This document shows, in pieces, positions 38,492 to 48,397 of a stretch of 64,000 nucleotides of DNA (position 1 is its first letter; each line of letters starts with the position of its first letter). Made by a program: the position numbers and the translations under genes. The notes beneath the pieces are model-generated. The model had not been told where the DNA came from, searched no databases, and was given only the letters and a program-made list of their open reading frames with translations. The DNA is taken from contig DASUJD010000058.1 of NCBI GenBank assembly GCA_036279455.1, positions 3,548-67,547 on the forward strand, given 5' to 3'. The DNA comes from Rhodanobacteraceae bacterium (GTDB taxonomy: Bacteria; Pseudomonadota; Gammaproteobacteria; Xanthomonadales; Rhodanobacteraceae).

Positions 38492-40379
38492 CACGATGGC
38501 CGGTGCCGTGGAAGCGGCTGCTCCCGCGCTTGCCGGACGCCTGTCCGCGCTGGAAAACCGCGACACCCTGCGTTTCGCGATGTGCGGCAGCGTGGACGAC
38601 GGCAAGAGCACCTTGCTCGGGCGGCTGCTGGCCGAAGCCGGCATGGTTCCGGATGACCGCATGGCGCAGATGATCCGTGACAGCAGGAAGCACGGCACCT
38701 GTGGTGGCGCGCCGGACTACGCGCTGCTGCTGGACGGGCTCGAGGCCGAGCGCGAGCAGGGCATCACCATCGACGTCGCATGGCGCTATTTCGGCACCGA
38801 CCGGCGCGCCTTCATCGTCGCCGACTGCCCCGGCCACGCGCAGTACACCCGCAACATGGCGAGCGGTGCGTCGAACGCCGAACTCGGCGTGGTGCTGGTG
38901 GATGCGCGTGCGGGCGTGGTGACCCAGACCCGTCGCCACACCGCGATCCTTGCGATGTTCGGATTGCGCCATGTGTTGTTCGCGGTCAACAAACTCGATC
39001 TCATCGACTACAACCACGCGCGCTACCACGCGATCGAAGAGGAGTGCGCGAAACTCGCGCACGATCTCGGCATCGAAAACGCGGACGCAATCCCGGTGTC
39101 GGCGATCAACGCGGACAACCTGGTTGCGCGTTCACCGAATACGCCGTGGTTTACCGGCAAGCCGTTGCTCGAATACCTCGAATCGGTGCAGGTCGAACGC
39201 CCGGTGGAGGCTGCCTTTGCGCTGCCGGTGCAGTGGGTCAACCGGCCCGACCACGCGTTTCGCGGTTACGCAGGGACGATTGCGGGCGGACGCATTGCGC
39301 CGGGAAGTGAAGTGGTGGTGTTGCCCTCGGGGCAGCACTCGCGGGTTGTGAGCGTGCTGGGCGGAGACGCGGAGCTGGAAACCGCCGAAGCCGGGCAAGC
39401 GGTCACGCTGACGCTGGCCGACCAGATCGACGTGGCACGCGGCGACGTGATCGCCGATCCCGCACATCCGCCGGAAGTCGCCGCCCAGTTCGCCTGTCAC
39501 CTGCTGTGGCTGGACGATGCCGCATTGCTGCCGGGCCGCCGCTACCTGATGAAGCTGGCAACCCACGTTGCCGGCGCACAGGTCACCGAGATCAAGCACC
39601 GCGTCGATCCGGACACCCAGGCGCAGCTCGCGGCGACGCGCCTCACCGCCAACGAGATCGGCTACTGCAATCTGTCATTGGATGAGGACATCGCGTACCG
39701 GCCGTACAGGGACAGCCGGCGCCTGGGCGGCTTCATCCTCATCGATCGGGAGACCAATGCAACGGTCGGTTGCGGCACGCTGGATTTCGGGCTGCGTCGC
39801 GACCGCAACGTGCACTGGCAGCAGCTCGACGTGGATCGCGTGGCGCGTGCCAGGATCAAGGGCCAGACGCCGCGCTGTCTGTGGTTCACCGGTTTGTCCG
39901 GGGCCGGCAAGTCCACCATAGCCAATCTGGTCGAACGCCGGCTGCTCGCGGATGGTTTCCATACGATCCTGCTGGACGGTGACAACGTCCGCCACGGCTT
40001 GAATCGTGACCTCGGCTTCACCGACGCCGATCGCGTCGAGAACATCCGGCGGGTGGCGGAAGTCGCCAAGCTGATGATGGACGCCGGCCTGATCGTGCTG
40101 GTGTCATTCATTTCGCCATTCCGGGCCGAGCGCAGGCTTGCGCGTGACCTGATCGGTGGGTCCGGATTCATGGAAGTGTTCGTGGATGCGCCGCTGGCGG
40201 TATGCGAGGAACGCGACGTCAAGGGCCTGTATGCCAAGGCGCGTGCCGGCAAGATCGCCAACTTCACCGGCATCGGTTCCCCCTACGAATCGCCCGAGTC
40301 GCCCGAGATCCATCTGCATTCGGATCAGGAGTCGGCCGCTGATTCCGCATCGCGGGTGGTGAAGATCCTCGTAGACTGA
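38475..40379 (+). CDS. cysN: Bifunctional sulfate adenylyltransferase subunit 1 / adenylylsulfate kinase (CysN-CysC fusion)
   Basis: 634 aa. GTPase motifs GSVDDGKST and DCPGH, C-terminal APS kinase P-loop GLSGAGKST. Start is GTG 38475 or ATG 38496. Confidence 0.9.
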   Translation: MKATSDTMAGAVEAAAPALAGRLSALENRDTLRFAMCGSVDDGKSTLLGRLLAEAGMVPDDRMAQMIRDSRKHGTCGGAPDYALLLDGLEAEREQGITIDVAWRYFGTDRRAFIVADCPGHAQYTRNMASGASNAELGVVLVDARAGVVTQTRRHTAILAMFGLRHVLFAVNKLDLIDYNHARYHAIEEECAKLAHDLGIENADAIPVSAINADNLVARSPNTPWFTGKPLLEYLESVQVERPVEAAFALPVQWVNRPDHAFRGYAGTIAGGRIAPGSEVVVLPSGQHSRVVSVLGGDAELETAEAGQAVTLTLADQIDVARGDVIADPAHPPEVAAQFACHLLWLDDAALLPGRRYLMKLATHVAGAQVTEIKHRVDPDTQAQLAATRLTANEIGYCNLSLDEDIAYRPYRDSRRLGGFILIDRETNATVGCGTLDFGLRRDRNVHWQQLDVDRVARARIKGQTPRCLWFTGLSGAGKSTIANLVERRLLADGFHTILLDGDNVRHGLNRDLGFTDADRVENIRRVAEVAKLMMDAGLIVLVSFISPFRAERRLARDLIGGSGFMEVFVDAPLAVCEERDVKGLYAKARAGKIANFTGIGSPYESPESPEIHLHSDQESAADSASRVVKILVD

Positions 40380-40406
40380 TCCGCGCGGCGATGCCGGCGT
40401 TGGCGT

Positions 40407-40579
40407 GTAGGTTGGGCTGAGCGCCGGGTTTTATCCGACGAGAAGCCCAACGCTCGCGCAATATGCATGTCGGGGTTCGCGAAACGCCGCCCACCCCAAC
40501 CTGCCCGCTGGGCGAACCCAGCATCGCGGCAAAAACCAGTTGGGCTTCCCGCGATAAAGCTGCGGTCAGCCCAACCTAC
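40407..40579. repeat. REP/BIME-like element with perfect 14-bp termini GTAGGTTGGGCTGA / TCAGCCCAACCTAC
   Basis: Read directly. Inner pair GAAGCCCAAC / GTTGGGCTTC. Same family as the nuoL-nuoM repeats. Fills the convergent cysNC/SDR spacer. Confidence 0.85.
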
Positions 40580-41388
40580 GGAGCTTGCACGCGGAAGGTT
40601 TTCGCGCGACGCGCGACCAGCGCAAGTGCAAGCCGGTCCGGCAGCAAGTCCATCAGCACCTTGATGCTGCGGTTGACGGGACCGGGTACGCATACCACAC
40701 GGCCGCGCTCGACTGCGTCGAGGCCTGCGCGGACGACTTCCGGCGCTTCCAGCCACATCCAGCGCGGCAATTTCGAAACCAGTTCGCGCGCCTGACTGAC
40801 GTCATGGAATTCGGAGCGCGTGAAACCGGGGCACAGCGCGCACACGTGGATGCCGTGCACGCGGTTTTCCAGAGCCAGCGCCTGCGAGACCCGCATCAGG
40901 AATGCCTTGGCTGGACCATACAGCGTGTTGCCGGGGGTGGCGGGGACAAGTCCGGCCAGCGAGGCGACATTGACGATGCGGCCAAACCCGCGTTCGCGCA
41001 TCGCGGGCAGCAGCAGATGGCAAAGTTGCAGCGGCGCCGTCACCAGCACCTGCATGAAGCGCGCGTGCGTATTCCAGTCCACCCGATCGTAGCGACCCGG
41101 CACGCCATAACCTGCGTTGTTGATCAGGATGTCGATGACGCGGCCGCCCCGGCTCGCATGTTCGACGATGTGCCCCGGCGCGGCGGGATCGCCGAGATCA
41201 TCGGCGATCACATGGACATCGATGCCGTGTGTCGTACGCAATTCGGAGGCAAGCACCTGCATGCGCTCCTCGCGCCGCGCAGTCAGCACCAGATCGCAAC
41301 CGCGCGCTGCCAGTTGCTGCGCAAACTCGGCGCCGATGCCTGCGGACGCGCCGGTGACGAGTGCGCGGTGACGTTGTGGAGTTGTCAT
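40576..41388 (-). CDS. SDR-family oxidoreductase
   Basis: Start at MTTPQRHRALVTGASAGIG (TGxxxGIG). NNAG, and Y-x3-K in ...YGPAKAF.... The longer ORF to 41766 translates a REP. Confidence 0.85.
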   Translation of the reverse strand: MTTPQRHRALVTGASAGIGAEFAQQLAARGCDLVLTARREERMQVLASELRTTHGIDVHVIADDLGDPAAPGHIVEHASRGGRVIDILINNAGYGVPGRYDRVDWNTHARFMQVLVTAPLQLCHLLLPAMRERGFGRIVNVASLAGLVPATPGNTLYGPAKAFLMRVSQALALENRVHGIHVCALCPGFTRSEFHDVSQARELVSKLPRWMWLEAPEVVRAGLDAVERGRVVCVPGPVNRSIKVLMDLLPDRLALALVARRAKTFRVQAP

Positions 41389-41490
41389 GGATGTATCCCC
41401 AGCACGAAACGATGGAAGCTGAATTCGAAATTCCCGTTTGTCCCCGGCTGAGAGCAGGCCGGAGCAGGCTCTGAGCATAGGCGTGCAGCG

Positions 41491-41576
41491 CCGAAGTCGA
41501 AGGACAAACGGTGCGGCGCTTCGACTTCGCGGCCTTCGGCCCCGTAGCCTGTCCTGAGCGAAGTCGAAGGGCTCAG
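41491..41576. repeat. REP-like hairpins built on the GAAGTCGAAGG motif (one with a GTAG head)
   Basis: CCGAAGTCGAAG (41491) pairs with CTTCGACTTCG (41519). GTAGCCTGTC-CTGAGC-GAAGTCGAAGG-GCTCAG (41544-41576). Confidence 0.65.
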
Positions 41577-41674
41577 CTCGAACGGCGAATTGAAGCATCA
41601 CCTTCGAAAGCGACAGTTTGATTCCGTGCCGCGGCCTTCTATCCTCGCTGGCTTGGATGAACATGGAGCGCGCC

Positions 41675-42421
41675 ATGCGCCGCAAGTGGATAGGTGGCAA
41701 CTGGAAAATGAACGGATCGCGCACGCTGGCATCGGCGCTGGCCGGCGCGATCGTCAAGGCGGACACCCAGACGGTGGACGTCGCGCTGTTTCCGCCATTT
41801 CCCTATCTGGGCGAGGTGTGCGCAGCCTGCGCCGGCTCGCACGTCGCGGTCGGCGGCCAGGACGTGAGCGAACACGAATCGGGCGCATTCACCGGCGAGG
41901 TGTCGGCGGCGATGTTGCGCGACGTTGGTTGCAGTGCGGTGCTTGCCGGTCATTCCGAACGCCGCCAGTACCACCACGAATCGGACGGGCAGGTTGCGAC
42001 CAAGGTCGCGCAGGCGCTCGCGCACGAACTCGTGCCCGTGTTGTGCGTGGGCGAAACGCTTGACGAGCGCGAAGCGGGGCAGACAGCCGAAGTGGTGTCG
42101 CGCCAGCTTGGCGTGGTGGTGGCACATTGCGGCATCGCCGCGTTCGAGCGCATCGTGGTGGCCTATGAACCGGTCTGGGCGATCGGCACCGGCCTTTGCG
42201 CCACACCCGCGCAGGCGCAGGAGGTCCATGCGCTCCTGCGTAGCCAGCTTGCCGGGGACGATGCTAGAATTGCCGGTTCGACCCGCATCGTATACGGCGG
42301 CAGCGTCAAACCCGGCAATGCCGCCGAGTTGTTCGCCCAAGCCGATATCGATGGCGGCCTGATCGGTGGAGCGGCCTTGCAGGCCACCGATTTCCTTTCG
42401 ATTTGCGCGGCGGCTGGCTGA
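41675..42421 (+). CDS. tpiA: Triose-phosphate isomerase
   Basis: MRRKWIGGNWKMNG..., ...AGHSERR..., ...AYEPVWAIGTG.... ATG 41663 is an alternative start. Confidence 0.95.
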   Translation: MRRKWIGGNWKMNGSRTLASALAGAIVKADTQTVDVALFPPFPYLGEVCAACAGSHVAVGGQDVSEHESGAFTGEVSAAMLRDVGCSAVLAGHSERRQYHHESDGQVATKVAQALAHELVPVLCVGETLDEREAGQTAEVVSRQLGVVVAHCGIAAFERIVVAYEPVWAIGTGLCATPAQAQEVHALLRSQLAGDDARIAGSTRIVYGGSVKPGNAAELFAQADIDGGLIGGAALQATDFLSICAAAG

Positions 42422-42448
42422 AGCTCGCGGCCGCGCGGGAATATCAAG

Positions 42449-42973
42449 ATGCTGTTCACGATATTCAGCGTGTTCTACGTGCTCATCGCCGCGGCGATGA
42501 TCGTGTTGATCCTGATGCAGCGCGGCGACGGCGCTAATGCCGGTGCCAGCTTCGGTGGCGGCGCATCGGGCACGGTGTTCGGCGCGCGTGGCTCGGCCAG
42601 TTTTCTCACCCGTACCACGGCCGCATTGGCGACGATATTTTTCATCTTGAGCCTGGGCATGGGTATTTATCTCAGCCATCACGGCGTCGCGCCCTCGCCC
42701 AAGCAGACGCTCGGCGTGATGGCCGGTGTGGTGACGCCCGCTTCATCTGCCTCGGCAGCGGCCGCCACTTCGCCGAACTTGCACCCGCTGGCAGCCAGTG
42801 CGCCGGCGGTCAGCAGCGCACCGGCATCATCCGTACCGGTGCAGCATTCGGAAGTGCCGGTCGCGCCGACTTCGGCAAACGCCGGGAAATCCGAAGTGCC
42901 AAGCGCGCCCGCGAAAACATCCGCGCCTGCGAGTTCCGCACCGGCCAGCAGCGCGCCAGCCAGTTCGCATTGA
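42449..42973 (+). CDS. secG: Preprotein translocase subunit SecG with long Ala/Ser/Pro-rich tail
   Basis: The N-terminal ~75 aa match SecG (...LILMQRGDGANAGASFGGGASGTVFGARGSASFLTR...). The conserved tpiA-secG-tRNA-Leu order supports the call. Confidence 0.9.
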   Translation: MLFTIFSVFYVLIAAAMIVLILMQRGDGANAGASFGGGASGTVFGARGSASFLTRTTAALATIFFILSLGMGIYLSHHGVAPSPKQTLGVMAGVVTPASSASAAAATSPNLHPLAASAPAVSSAPASSVPVQHSEVPVAPTSANAGKSEVPSAPAKTSAPASSAPASSAPASSH

Positions 42974-43046
42974 TCGAGGGGTTTTCGCTTTCGTGAAAAG
43001 TTCGGCACATGGATGTGCCGAGTGTTTCCCAGGGACGGGTCCCCCT

Positions 43047-43132
43047 GCCCAGGTGGCGGAATTTGGTAGACGCACTACCTTGAGGTGGTAGCGGGTAACT
43101 CCGTGGGGGTTCGAGTCCCCCCTTGGGCACCA
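43047..43132 (+). tRNA. tRNA-Leu (anticodon GAG), class II with long variable arm, CCA encoded
   Basis: Hand-folded. Acceptor GCCCAGG/CTTGGGC (one G-U pair), anticodon stem CTACC/GGTAG with loop TTGAGGT, T-arm GGGGG-TTCGAGT-CCCCC, discriminator A, CCA. Confidence 0.9.
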
Positions 43133-43140
43133 GTTGACCA

Positions 43141-43176
43141 ACGCGCGGCTGCGAGGCATTCGCACCGCGCGTTTTT
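43141..43176 (+). terminator. Rho-independent terminator after tRNA-Leu
   Basis: ACGCGCGG/CCGCGCGT 8-bp stem extended by TGCGA/TCGCA, followed by TTTTT (43172-76). Confidence 0.75.
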
Positions 43177-43296
43177 GGTTCATGGCCGGTGCGATTGCCG
43201 CGACACGGAATGCGCAAGGCGCGTGTGTTTGCAGAAGAGCGATTGCGACGTGCGCCAGCGCGTGCGAAAATCCTGCGGTTAAAGCGGATCGAACGC

Positions 43297-43653
43297 ATGC
43301 TGACTGGTTACTGGCCCATCCTCCTGTTCCTCATAGTTGCCGGCGCGATCGGCGTCGCGCTGATCGTGGTCGGCTGGATCGCGGGGCCGCGTCGTCCCAG
43401 CGCCGAAAAGTATTCGCCCTACGAATGCGGTTTCGAAGCGTTCGAGGACGCGCGCATGAAGTTCGACGTGCGCTATTACCTGATAGCGATCCTGTTCATC
43501 CTGTTCGATCTGGAAATTGCGTTCCTGTTTCCGTGGGCGACGGTGTTTTCGAAAATCGGCATCACCGCGTTGATCGAGATGTTCACGTTCCTGCTGCTGC
43601 TGGTGGTGGGCTATGTGTATGTCTGGAAGAAGGGTGCGCTCGAATGGGATTAG
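43297..43653 (+). CDS. nuoA: NADH-quinone oxidoreductase subunit A
   Basis: 118 aa, ...[39 protein letters not shown].... Confidence 0.95.
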   Translation: MLTGYWPILLFLIVAGAIGVALIVVGWIAGPRRPSAEKYSPYECGFEAFEDARMKFDVRYYLIAILFILFDLEIAFLFPWATVFSKIGITALIEMFTFLLLLVVGYVYVWKKGALEWD

Positions 43654-43791
43654 CGGCGACATTCCGGTCTGCTGCGCTTGCCGGCTCGCGCGCCGGCGCT
43701 GCTCGCCATGCGCACGTACTGGCGTGTACGCTGCGCCGGCCGCGCTGCGGCATCACTCGATTCGCCTTCGCTACGCGCCACCTGCGGCGTT

Positions 43792-43815
43792 CAGATCGGC
43801 AATCCTGCCGATTTG
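43792..43815. repeat. Second copy of the AATCGGCA-ATCC-TGCCGATT hairpin repeat (nuoA-nuoB spacer)
   Basis: CAGATCGGCA-ATCC-TGCCGATTTG. Flanks ~43757-43850 align with 3043-3150. Confidence 0.7.
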
Positions 43816-43888
43816 GCCGCGACGACCGCAATGCCGCCGCGCATGGTAGTCCGATCACCCGTGCGCCTGAATATTTCGAGGTGTTTTG

Positions 43889-44443
43889 ATGGGCCTTATC
43901 TCCGCCGTCGACAAGGTGATGCACAACCCGGTACCGATCGGCAAGGTGGACGACATCCTGCGTCCGGAAGCCGACAACCCGATCATGCAGCGCGGCTTCG
44001 GCGTCACCACGGTGGACGCGCTGTTCAACTGGGCGCGCACCGGCTCGATGTGGCCGATGACGTTTGGCCTTGCCTGCTGTGCGGTGGAGATGATGCACGC
44101 AGGGGCGGCGCGTCTCGACCTGGACCGTTACGGCGTGATCTTCCGGCCCTCGCCGCGCCAGAGTGATGTGATGATCGTGGCCGGCACGCTGGTCAACAAG
44201 ATGGCGCCGGCGTTGCGCAAGGTCTACGACCAGATGCCCGAACCCAAGTGGGTGATCTCGATGGGCAGTTGCGCCAATGGCGGCGGTTATTACCACTATT
44301 CGTATTCGGTGGTGCGCGGCTGCGACCGCATCGTGCCGGTCGACGTGTACGTGCCGGGCTGTCCGCCGACCGCCGAGGCGCTGGTTTACGGGATTCTGCA
44401 ACTGCAGAAGAAAATCCGCCGCACCAACACGGTTGCCGGCTGA
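43889..44443 (+). CDS. nuoB: NADH-quinone oxidoreductase subunit B
   Basis: 184 aa. ...[11 protein letters not shown]... and ...[33 protein letters not shown].... Confidence 0.95.
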   Translation: MGLISAVDKVMHNPVPIGKVDDILRPEADNPIMQRGFGVTTVDALFNWARTGSMWPMTFGLACCAVEMMHAGAARLDLDRYGVIFRPSPRQSDVMIVAGTLVNKMAPALRKVYDQMPEPKWVISMGSCANGGGYYHYSYSVVRGCDRIVPVDVYVPGCPPTAEALVYGILQLQKKIRRTNTVAG

Positions 44444-44446
44444 CCC

Positions 44447-45187
44447 ATGAGCCAGACGACCCCCGAACAGTTGGCCGAACAACTGCGTTCGCGCTTCGGC
44501 GATCGCATCGACAACGTCGATGTTTCGCATGCGCAGGCAACCATCGAAGTCACGCCGGCGCATCTGGTCGAAATCTGCACCGCGCTGCGCGACGGGGCGG
44601 AGTTCCGTTTCGCGCAATTGACCGACCTTTGCGGCGTCGATTTCCTCATGTTCGGTGAGGGCGAATGGGCGGGGTCGGACACCGCGACGTCGCAGGGCTT
44701 CGGTCGCGGCGTAACCGGCGCCGCCGGGCCGGGCCGTTTCGACTGGTCGTACCATCCGGAACACCCGCAATTCCTGCGCCGTTTCGCTTCGGTGGCGCAC
44801 CTGCTTTCGTTCGAATACAACATCCGCCTGAGGGTGCGCTGCTTTGCGCCCGAGGACGCATTGCCGGTGCTGCCGAGCTTGATCGGCGTGTGGCCGTCGG
44901 TGGATTGGTACGAGCGCGAGGCTTTCGATCTCTACGGCATCGTCTACGAAGGCCATCCGGATTTGCGCCGCATCCTCACCGACTACGGTTTCGTCGGACA
45001 TCCTTTCCGCAAGGATTTCCCGCTGATCGGCAACGTCGAGGTGCGCTACGACCCGGAAGCGCGGCGTGTCGTGTACGAACCCGTCACCTCGGTGACGCCG
45101 CGGGTGACCGTGGCGCGCGTGGTGCGCGAGGACTCGCGCTGGAAGACCGCGCACGAGGAAGCCGCCGACGACTGGAAGGACAATTGA
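44447..45187 (+). CDS. nuoC: NADH-quinone oxidoreductase subunit C
   Basis: 246 aa, ...[43 protein letters not shown].... Confidence 0.95.
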   Translation: MSQTTPEQLAEQLRSRFGDRIDNVDVSHAQATIEVTPAHLVEICTALRDGAEFRFAQLTDLCGVDFLMFGEGEWAGSDTATSQGFGRGVTGAAGPGRFDWSYHPEHPQFLRRFASVAHLLSFEYNIRLRVRCFAPEDALPVLPSLIGVWPSVDWYEREAFDLYGIVYEGHPDLRRILTDYGFVGHPFRKDFPLIGNVEVRYDPEARRVVYEPVTSVTPRVTVARVVREDSRWKTAHEEAADDWKDN

Positions 45188-45188
45188 A

Positions 45189-46451
45189 ATGGCCGGTCCC
45201 GGCGAGATCCGCAGCTACACGATGAACTTCGGCCCCCAGCATCCGGCCGCGCACGGCGTGCTGCGGCTGGTGATGGAGATGGAAGGCGAAACCATCCTGC
45301 GCATCGACCCGCACATCGGGCTGCTGCACCGCGCCACCGAAAAACTCGCCGAGTCCAAACCGTTCAATCATTCGATCGGTTACATGGACCGGCTCGATTA
45401 CGTGTCGATGATGTGCAACGAGCACGCCTACGTGCGTGCGATCGAACAACTGGTCGGCATCGAGCCGCCCGAACGCGCGCTGTGGATCCGCACGCTGTTC
45501 GACGAAGTCACCCGCATCCTCAATCATCTGATGTGGGTAGGCTCCAATGCGCTCGACCTCGGCGCGATGGCGGTGTTCCTGTATGCGTTCCGCGAGCGCG
45601 AGGAACTGATGGACTGCTACGAGGCGGTGTCGGGCACGCGCATGCACGCGACCTACTATCGCCCCGGCGGCGTCTATCGCGACCTGCCGGGAAAGATGAT
45701 CCAGTACAAGGAATCACCCTGGCACAAGGGCAAGGACCTCGCGCGCATGAATGCATGGCGCGAGGGCTCGATGCTGGATTTCCTGGATGCGTTCAGCGCA
45801 GACTTCCAGCACAAGGTCGATGATTACGAAGAACTCTTGACCGACAACCGGATCTGGAAACAGCGCACGGTCGATATCGGCATCGTCAGCCCCGAGCAGG
45901 CGATGGCGTGGGGCATGAGCGGCCCCATGCTGCGTGCATCCGGCATTGAATGGGACTTGCGCAAGAAGCAGCCCTACGCCAAATACGCCGAGGTCGATTT
46001 CGACATCCCGGTCGGCACCCATGGCGATTGTTACGACCGCTATCTCGTGCGGGTGGCCGAAATGCGCCAGTCGGCGCTGATCATCCGCCAGTGCGTGGAT
46101 TGGCTGAAACGCAATCCCGGTCCGGTGATCGTCGAGAACTACAAGGTCGCGCCGCCCAAGCGCGAGGACATGAAGGAATCGATGGAAGCGCTGATCCACT
46201 GGTTCAAGCTGTTTACCGAGGGCTACAGCGTGCCGGCTGGCGAAACCTACGCCGCGGTGGAGGCGCCCAAGGGCGAATTCGGTTGCTATCTGGTTTCCGA
46301 CGGTGCGAACAAGCCGTTCCGGGTACACCTGCGCGCGCCCAGCTTTGCGCATTTGTCATCGATCAACGAAATTACCGCCGGCCACATGTTGCCCGATGTC
46401 GTAGCGATGGTCGGAACCTACGATCTGGTGTTCGGGGAGGTGGATCGATGA
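45189..46451 (+). CDS. nuoD: NADH-quinone oxidoreductase subunit D
   Basis: 420 aa, ...[15 protein letters not shown]... ...[10 protein letters not shown]. Confidence 0.95.
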   Translation: MAGPGEIRSYTMNFGPQHPAAHGVLRLVMEMEGETILRIDPHIGLLHRATEKLAESKPFNHSIGYMDRLDYVSMMCNEHAYVRAIEQLVGIEPPERALWIRTLFDEVTRILNHLMWVGSNALDLGAMAVFLYAFREREELMDCYEAVSGTRMHATYYRPGGVYRDLPGKMIQYKESPWHKGKDLARMNAWREGSMLDFLDAFSADFQHKVDDYEELLTDNRIWKQRTVDIGIVSPEQAMAWGMSGPMLRASGIEWDLRKKQPYAKYAEVDFDIPVGTHGDCYDRYLVRVAEMRQSALIIRQCVDWLKRNPGPVIVENYKVAPPKREDMKESMEALIHWFKLFTEGYSVPAGETYAAVEAPKGEFGCYLVSDGANKPFRVHLRAPSFAHLSSINEITAGHMLPDVVAMVGTYDLVFGEVDR

Positions 46452-46975
46452 AGGCCACCGGCAATTTCGACAAGGTAAAAGACGTCGATCCGATGCAGGT
46501 GTTGACGGCCGAAACGCGCGCGCATATCGATCATTGGGCCGCGAAGTTTCCGCCCGAGCGGAAGCGCTCGGCGCTGATCCAGGGCCTTATGGCGGCGCAG
46601 CAGCAGAACGGTGGCTGGATCACCGACGAATTGATGGCCGCCACGGCGAAATATCTCGAGTTGCCACCGCTGTGGGCTTACGAAGTCGCGACGTTTTACT
46701 CGATGTTCTCGACCGAGCCGGTCGGACGTCACAACGTCGCGGTATGCACCAACATTTCCTGCTGGTTGAACGGCGCCGACGGCATCGTGCGGCACTGCGA
46801 AGAGAAACTGGGCGTGAAGCTGGGCGAGAGCACCGCGGACGGGCGCTTCTATCTCAAGAAGGAAGAGGAATGTCTCGCGGCGTGTTGCGGCGCGCCGATG
46901 ATGGTGGTGGACGGCCATTATCACGAGCACCTCACGCCCGGGAAGGTCGATGAAATCCTGGACAAATTGAAATGA
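46448..46975 (+). CDS. nuoE: NADH-quinone oxidoreductase subunit E
   Basis: 175 aa, ATGA overlap with nuoD. 2Fe-2S Cys pattern ...[11 protein letters not shown]...[14 protein letters not shown].... Confidence 0.95.
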   Translation: MKATGNFDKVKDVDPMQVLTAETRAHIDHWAAKFPPERKRSALIQGLMAAQQQNGGWITDELMAATAKYLELPPLWAYEVATFYSMFSTEPVGRHNVAVCTNISCWLNGADGIVRHCEEKLGVKLGESTADGRFYLKKEEECLAACCGAPMMVVDGHYHEHLTPGKVDEILDKLK

Positions 46976-46981
46976 ACTGTT

Positions 46982-47063
46982 GTAGGGCGGGTCAGCCGCG
47001 CAGCGGCGTAGCCGCCGAAATCCAGACGGCGGGTTACGTGCCTTCGGCGCTGGCCCGCTCAAC
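46982..47063. repeat. GTAG-headed REP/BIME-like element in the nuoE-nuoF spacer
   Basis: GTAGGGCGGGTCAGC (46982) versus inverted GCTGGCCCGCTCAAC (47049). Inner pair GTAGCCGCCG (47008) / CGGCGGGTTAC (47027). Confidence 0.6.
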
Positions 47064-47074
47064 AAAGGCAACTC

Positions 47075-48388
47075 ATGGCATACGGTCCCGAGCCCGCTGA
47101 ACACCAGGTCGTCTACACCACGCTCCATTTCGACGAGCCGTGGACGATCGAGAATTACCGCAAGACCGGCGGCTGGCAGGCGTGGGAGAAGATCCTTGCC
47201 GAAAAGACCGATCCGGCCTCGATCGTGGACGAGCTGAAGAAGAGTTCGCTGCGCGGACGCGGCGGCGCCGGCTTCCCGACCGGCATGAAATGGTCGTTCA
47301 TGCCGCGCAACGCGCCGGGCCAGAAATACATCCTGTGCAATTCGGATGAATCCGAACCCGGCACCTGCAAGGACCGCGACATCCTGCGCTTCAATCCGCA
47401 CGCGGTGCTGGAAGGCATCGCGATCGCCTGTTACGCGACGGGTTCCACCGTGGCCTACAACTATTTGCGCGGCGAGTTCCACCACGAACCTTTCGAGCAC
47501 ATCGAGCAGGCTCTGCACGAAGCGGAAGCCGCCGGGCTCCTGGGCACGAACATCAAGGGCAGCGGCATCGACGTCACGATCCACAACGCATTGGGTGCGG
47601 GTGCCTACATCTGCGGCGAGGAAACCGCGTTGATGGAATCGCTGGAAGGCAAGAAGGGCTGGCCGCGCTACAAGCCGCCGTTCCCCGCCAACTTCGGCCT
47701 GTACGGCCGGCCCAGCACCATCAACAACACCGAAACCTATGCGTCGGTGCCGGCGATCCTGCGCAAGGGCGCCGACTGGTTCTTGAACTTGGGCAAGCCC
47801 AACAATGGCGGTCCCAAGATTTTTTCGGTTTCGGGTCACGTCAACAAGCCGGGCAACTACGAAGTCCCCCTCGGCCTCCCGTTCGCGGAACTGCTCGAAA
47901 TGGCGGGTGGCGTGCGCAACGGCCACAAGCTGAAGGCGGTGATCCCGGGCGGCTCGTCGATGAAGATCCTGAAGGCCGACAAGATGCTGGAATGCAACAT
48001 GGACTTCGACTCGCTGCGTGCCGCGGGATCGGGTCTGGGTTCGGGCGCCGTGATCGTGATGGACGAGACGACGTGCATGGTGCGCGCTTGCGAGCGCATC
48101 GCGCGCTTCTATCACATGGAATCCTGCGGCCAGTGCACACCGTGCCGCGAGGGCACCGGCTGGATGCACCGCGTGTTGACCCGCATCGTCCATGGCGGCG
48201 GCACACCGGAAGATCTGCATCGCCTGAAAGCCGTCGCCGGCCAGATCGAAGGCCACACCATTTGCGCCTTCGGTGAAGCGGCGGCGTGGCCGGTACAGGC
48301 CTTCCTCGCCAATTTCTGGGACGAGTTCGAGTACTACTGCAAGAACGGGCGTTCGATGGTGGATTCACGCGTGGAGATTGCGGCATGA
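47075..48388 (+). CDS. nuoF: NADH-quinone oxidoreductase subunit F
   Basis: 437 aa. ...GRGGAGFPTG.KWSF... (FMN/NADH site), ...ESCGQCTPCREG.... Confidence 0.95.
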   Translation: MAYGPEPAEHQVVYTTLHFDEPWTIENYRKTGGWQAWEKILAEKTDPASIVDELKKSSLRGRGGAGFPTGMKWSFMPRNAPGQKYILCNSDESEPGTCKDRDILRFNPHAVLEGIAIACYATGSTVAYNYLRGEFHHEPFEHIEQALHEAEAAGLLGTNIKGSGIDVTIHNALGAGAYICGEETALMESLEGKKGWPRYKPPFPANFGLYGRPSTINNTETYASVPAILRKGADWFLNLGKPNNGGPKIFSVSGHVNKPGNYEVPLGLPFAELLEMAGGVRNGHKLKAVIPGGSSMKILKADKMLECNMDFDSLRAAGSGLGSGAVIVMDETTCMVRACERIARFYHMESCGQCTPCREGTGWMHRVLTRIVHGGGTPEDLHRLKAVAGQIEGHTICAFGEAAAWPVQAFLANFWDEFEYYCKNGRSMVDSRVEIAA

Positions 48389-48397
48389 ATAACTTCA

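Noticed and set aside
40576-41766. 396-aa form of the SDR ORF
   Set aside because: The extra 126 N-terminal residues translate REP-like hairpins (FDFAQDRL-type peptide). The Rossmann motif TGASAGIG lies right after ATG 41388.
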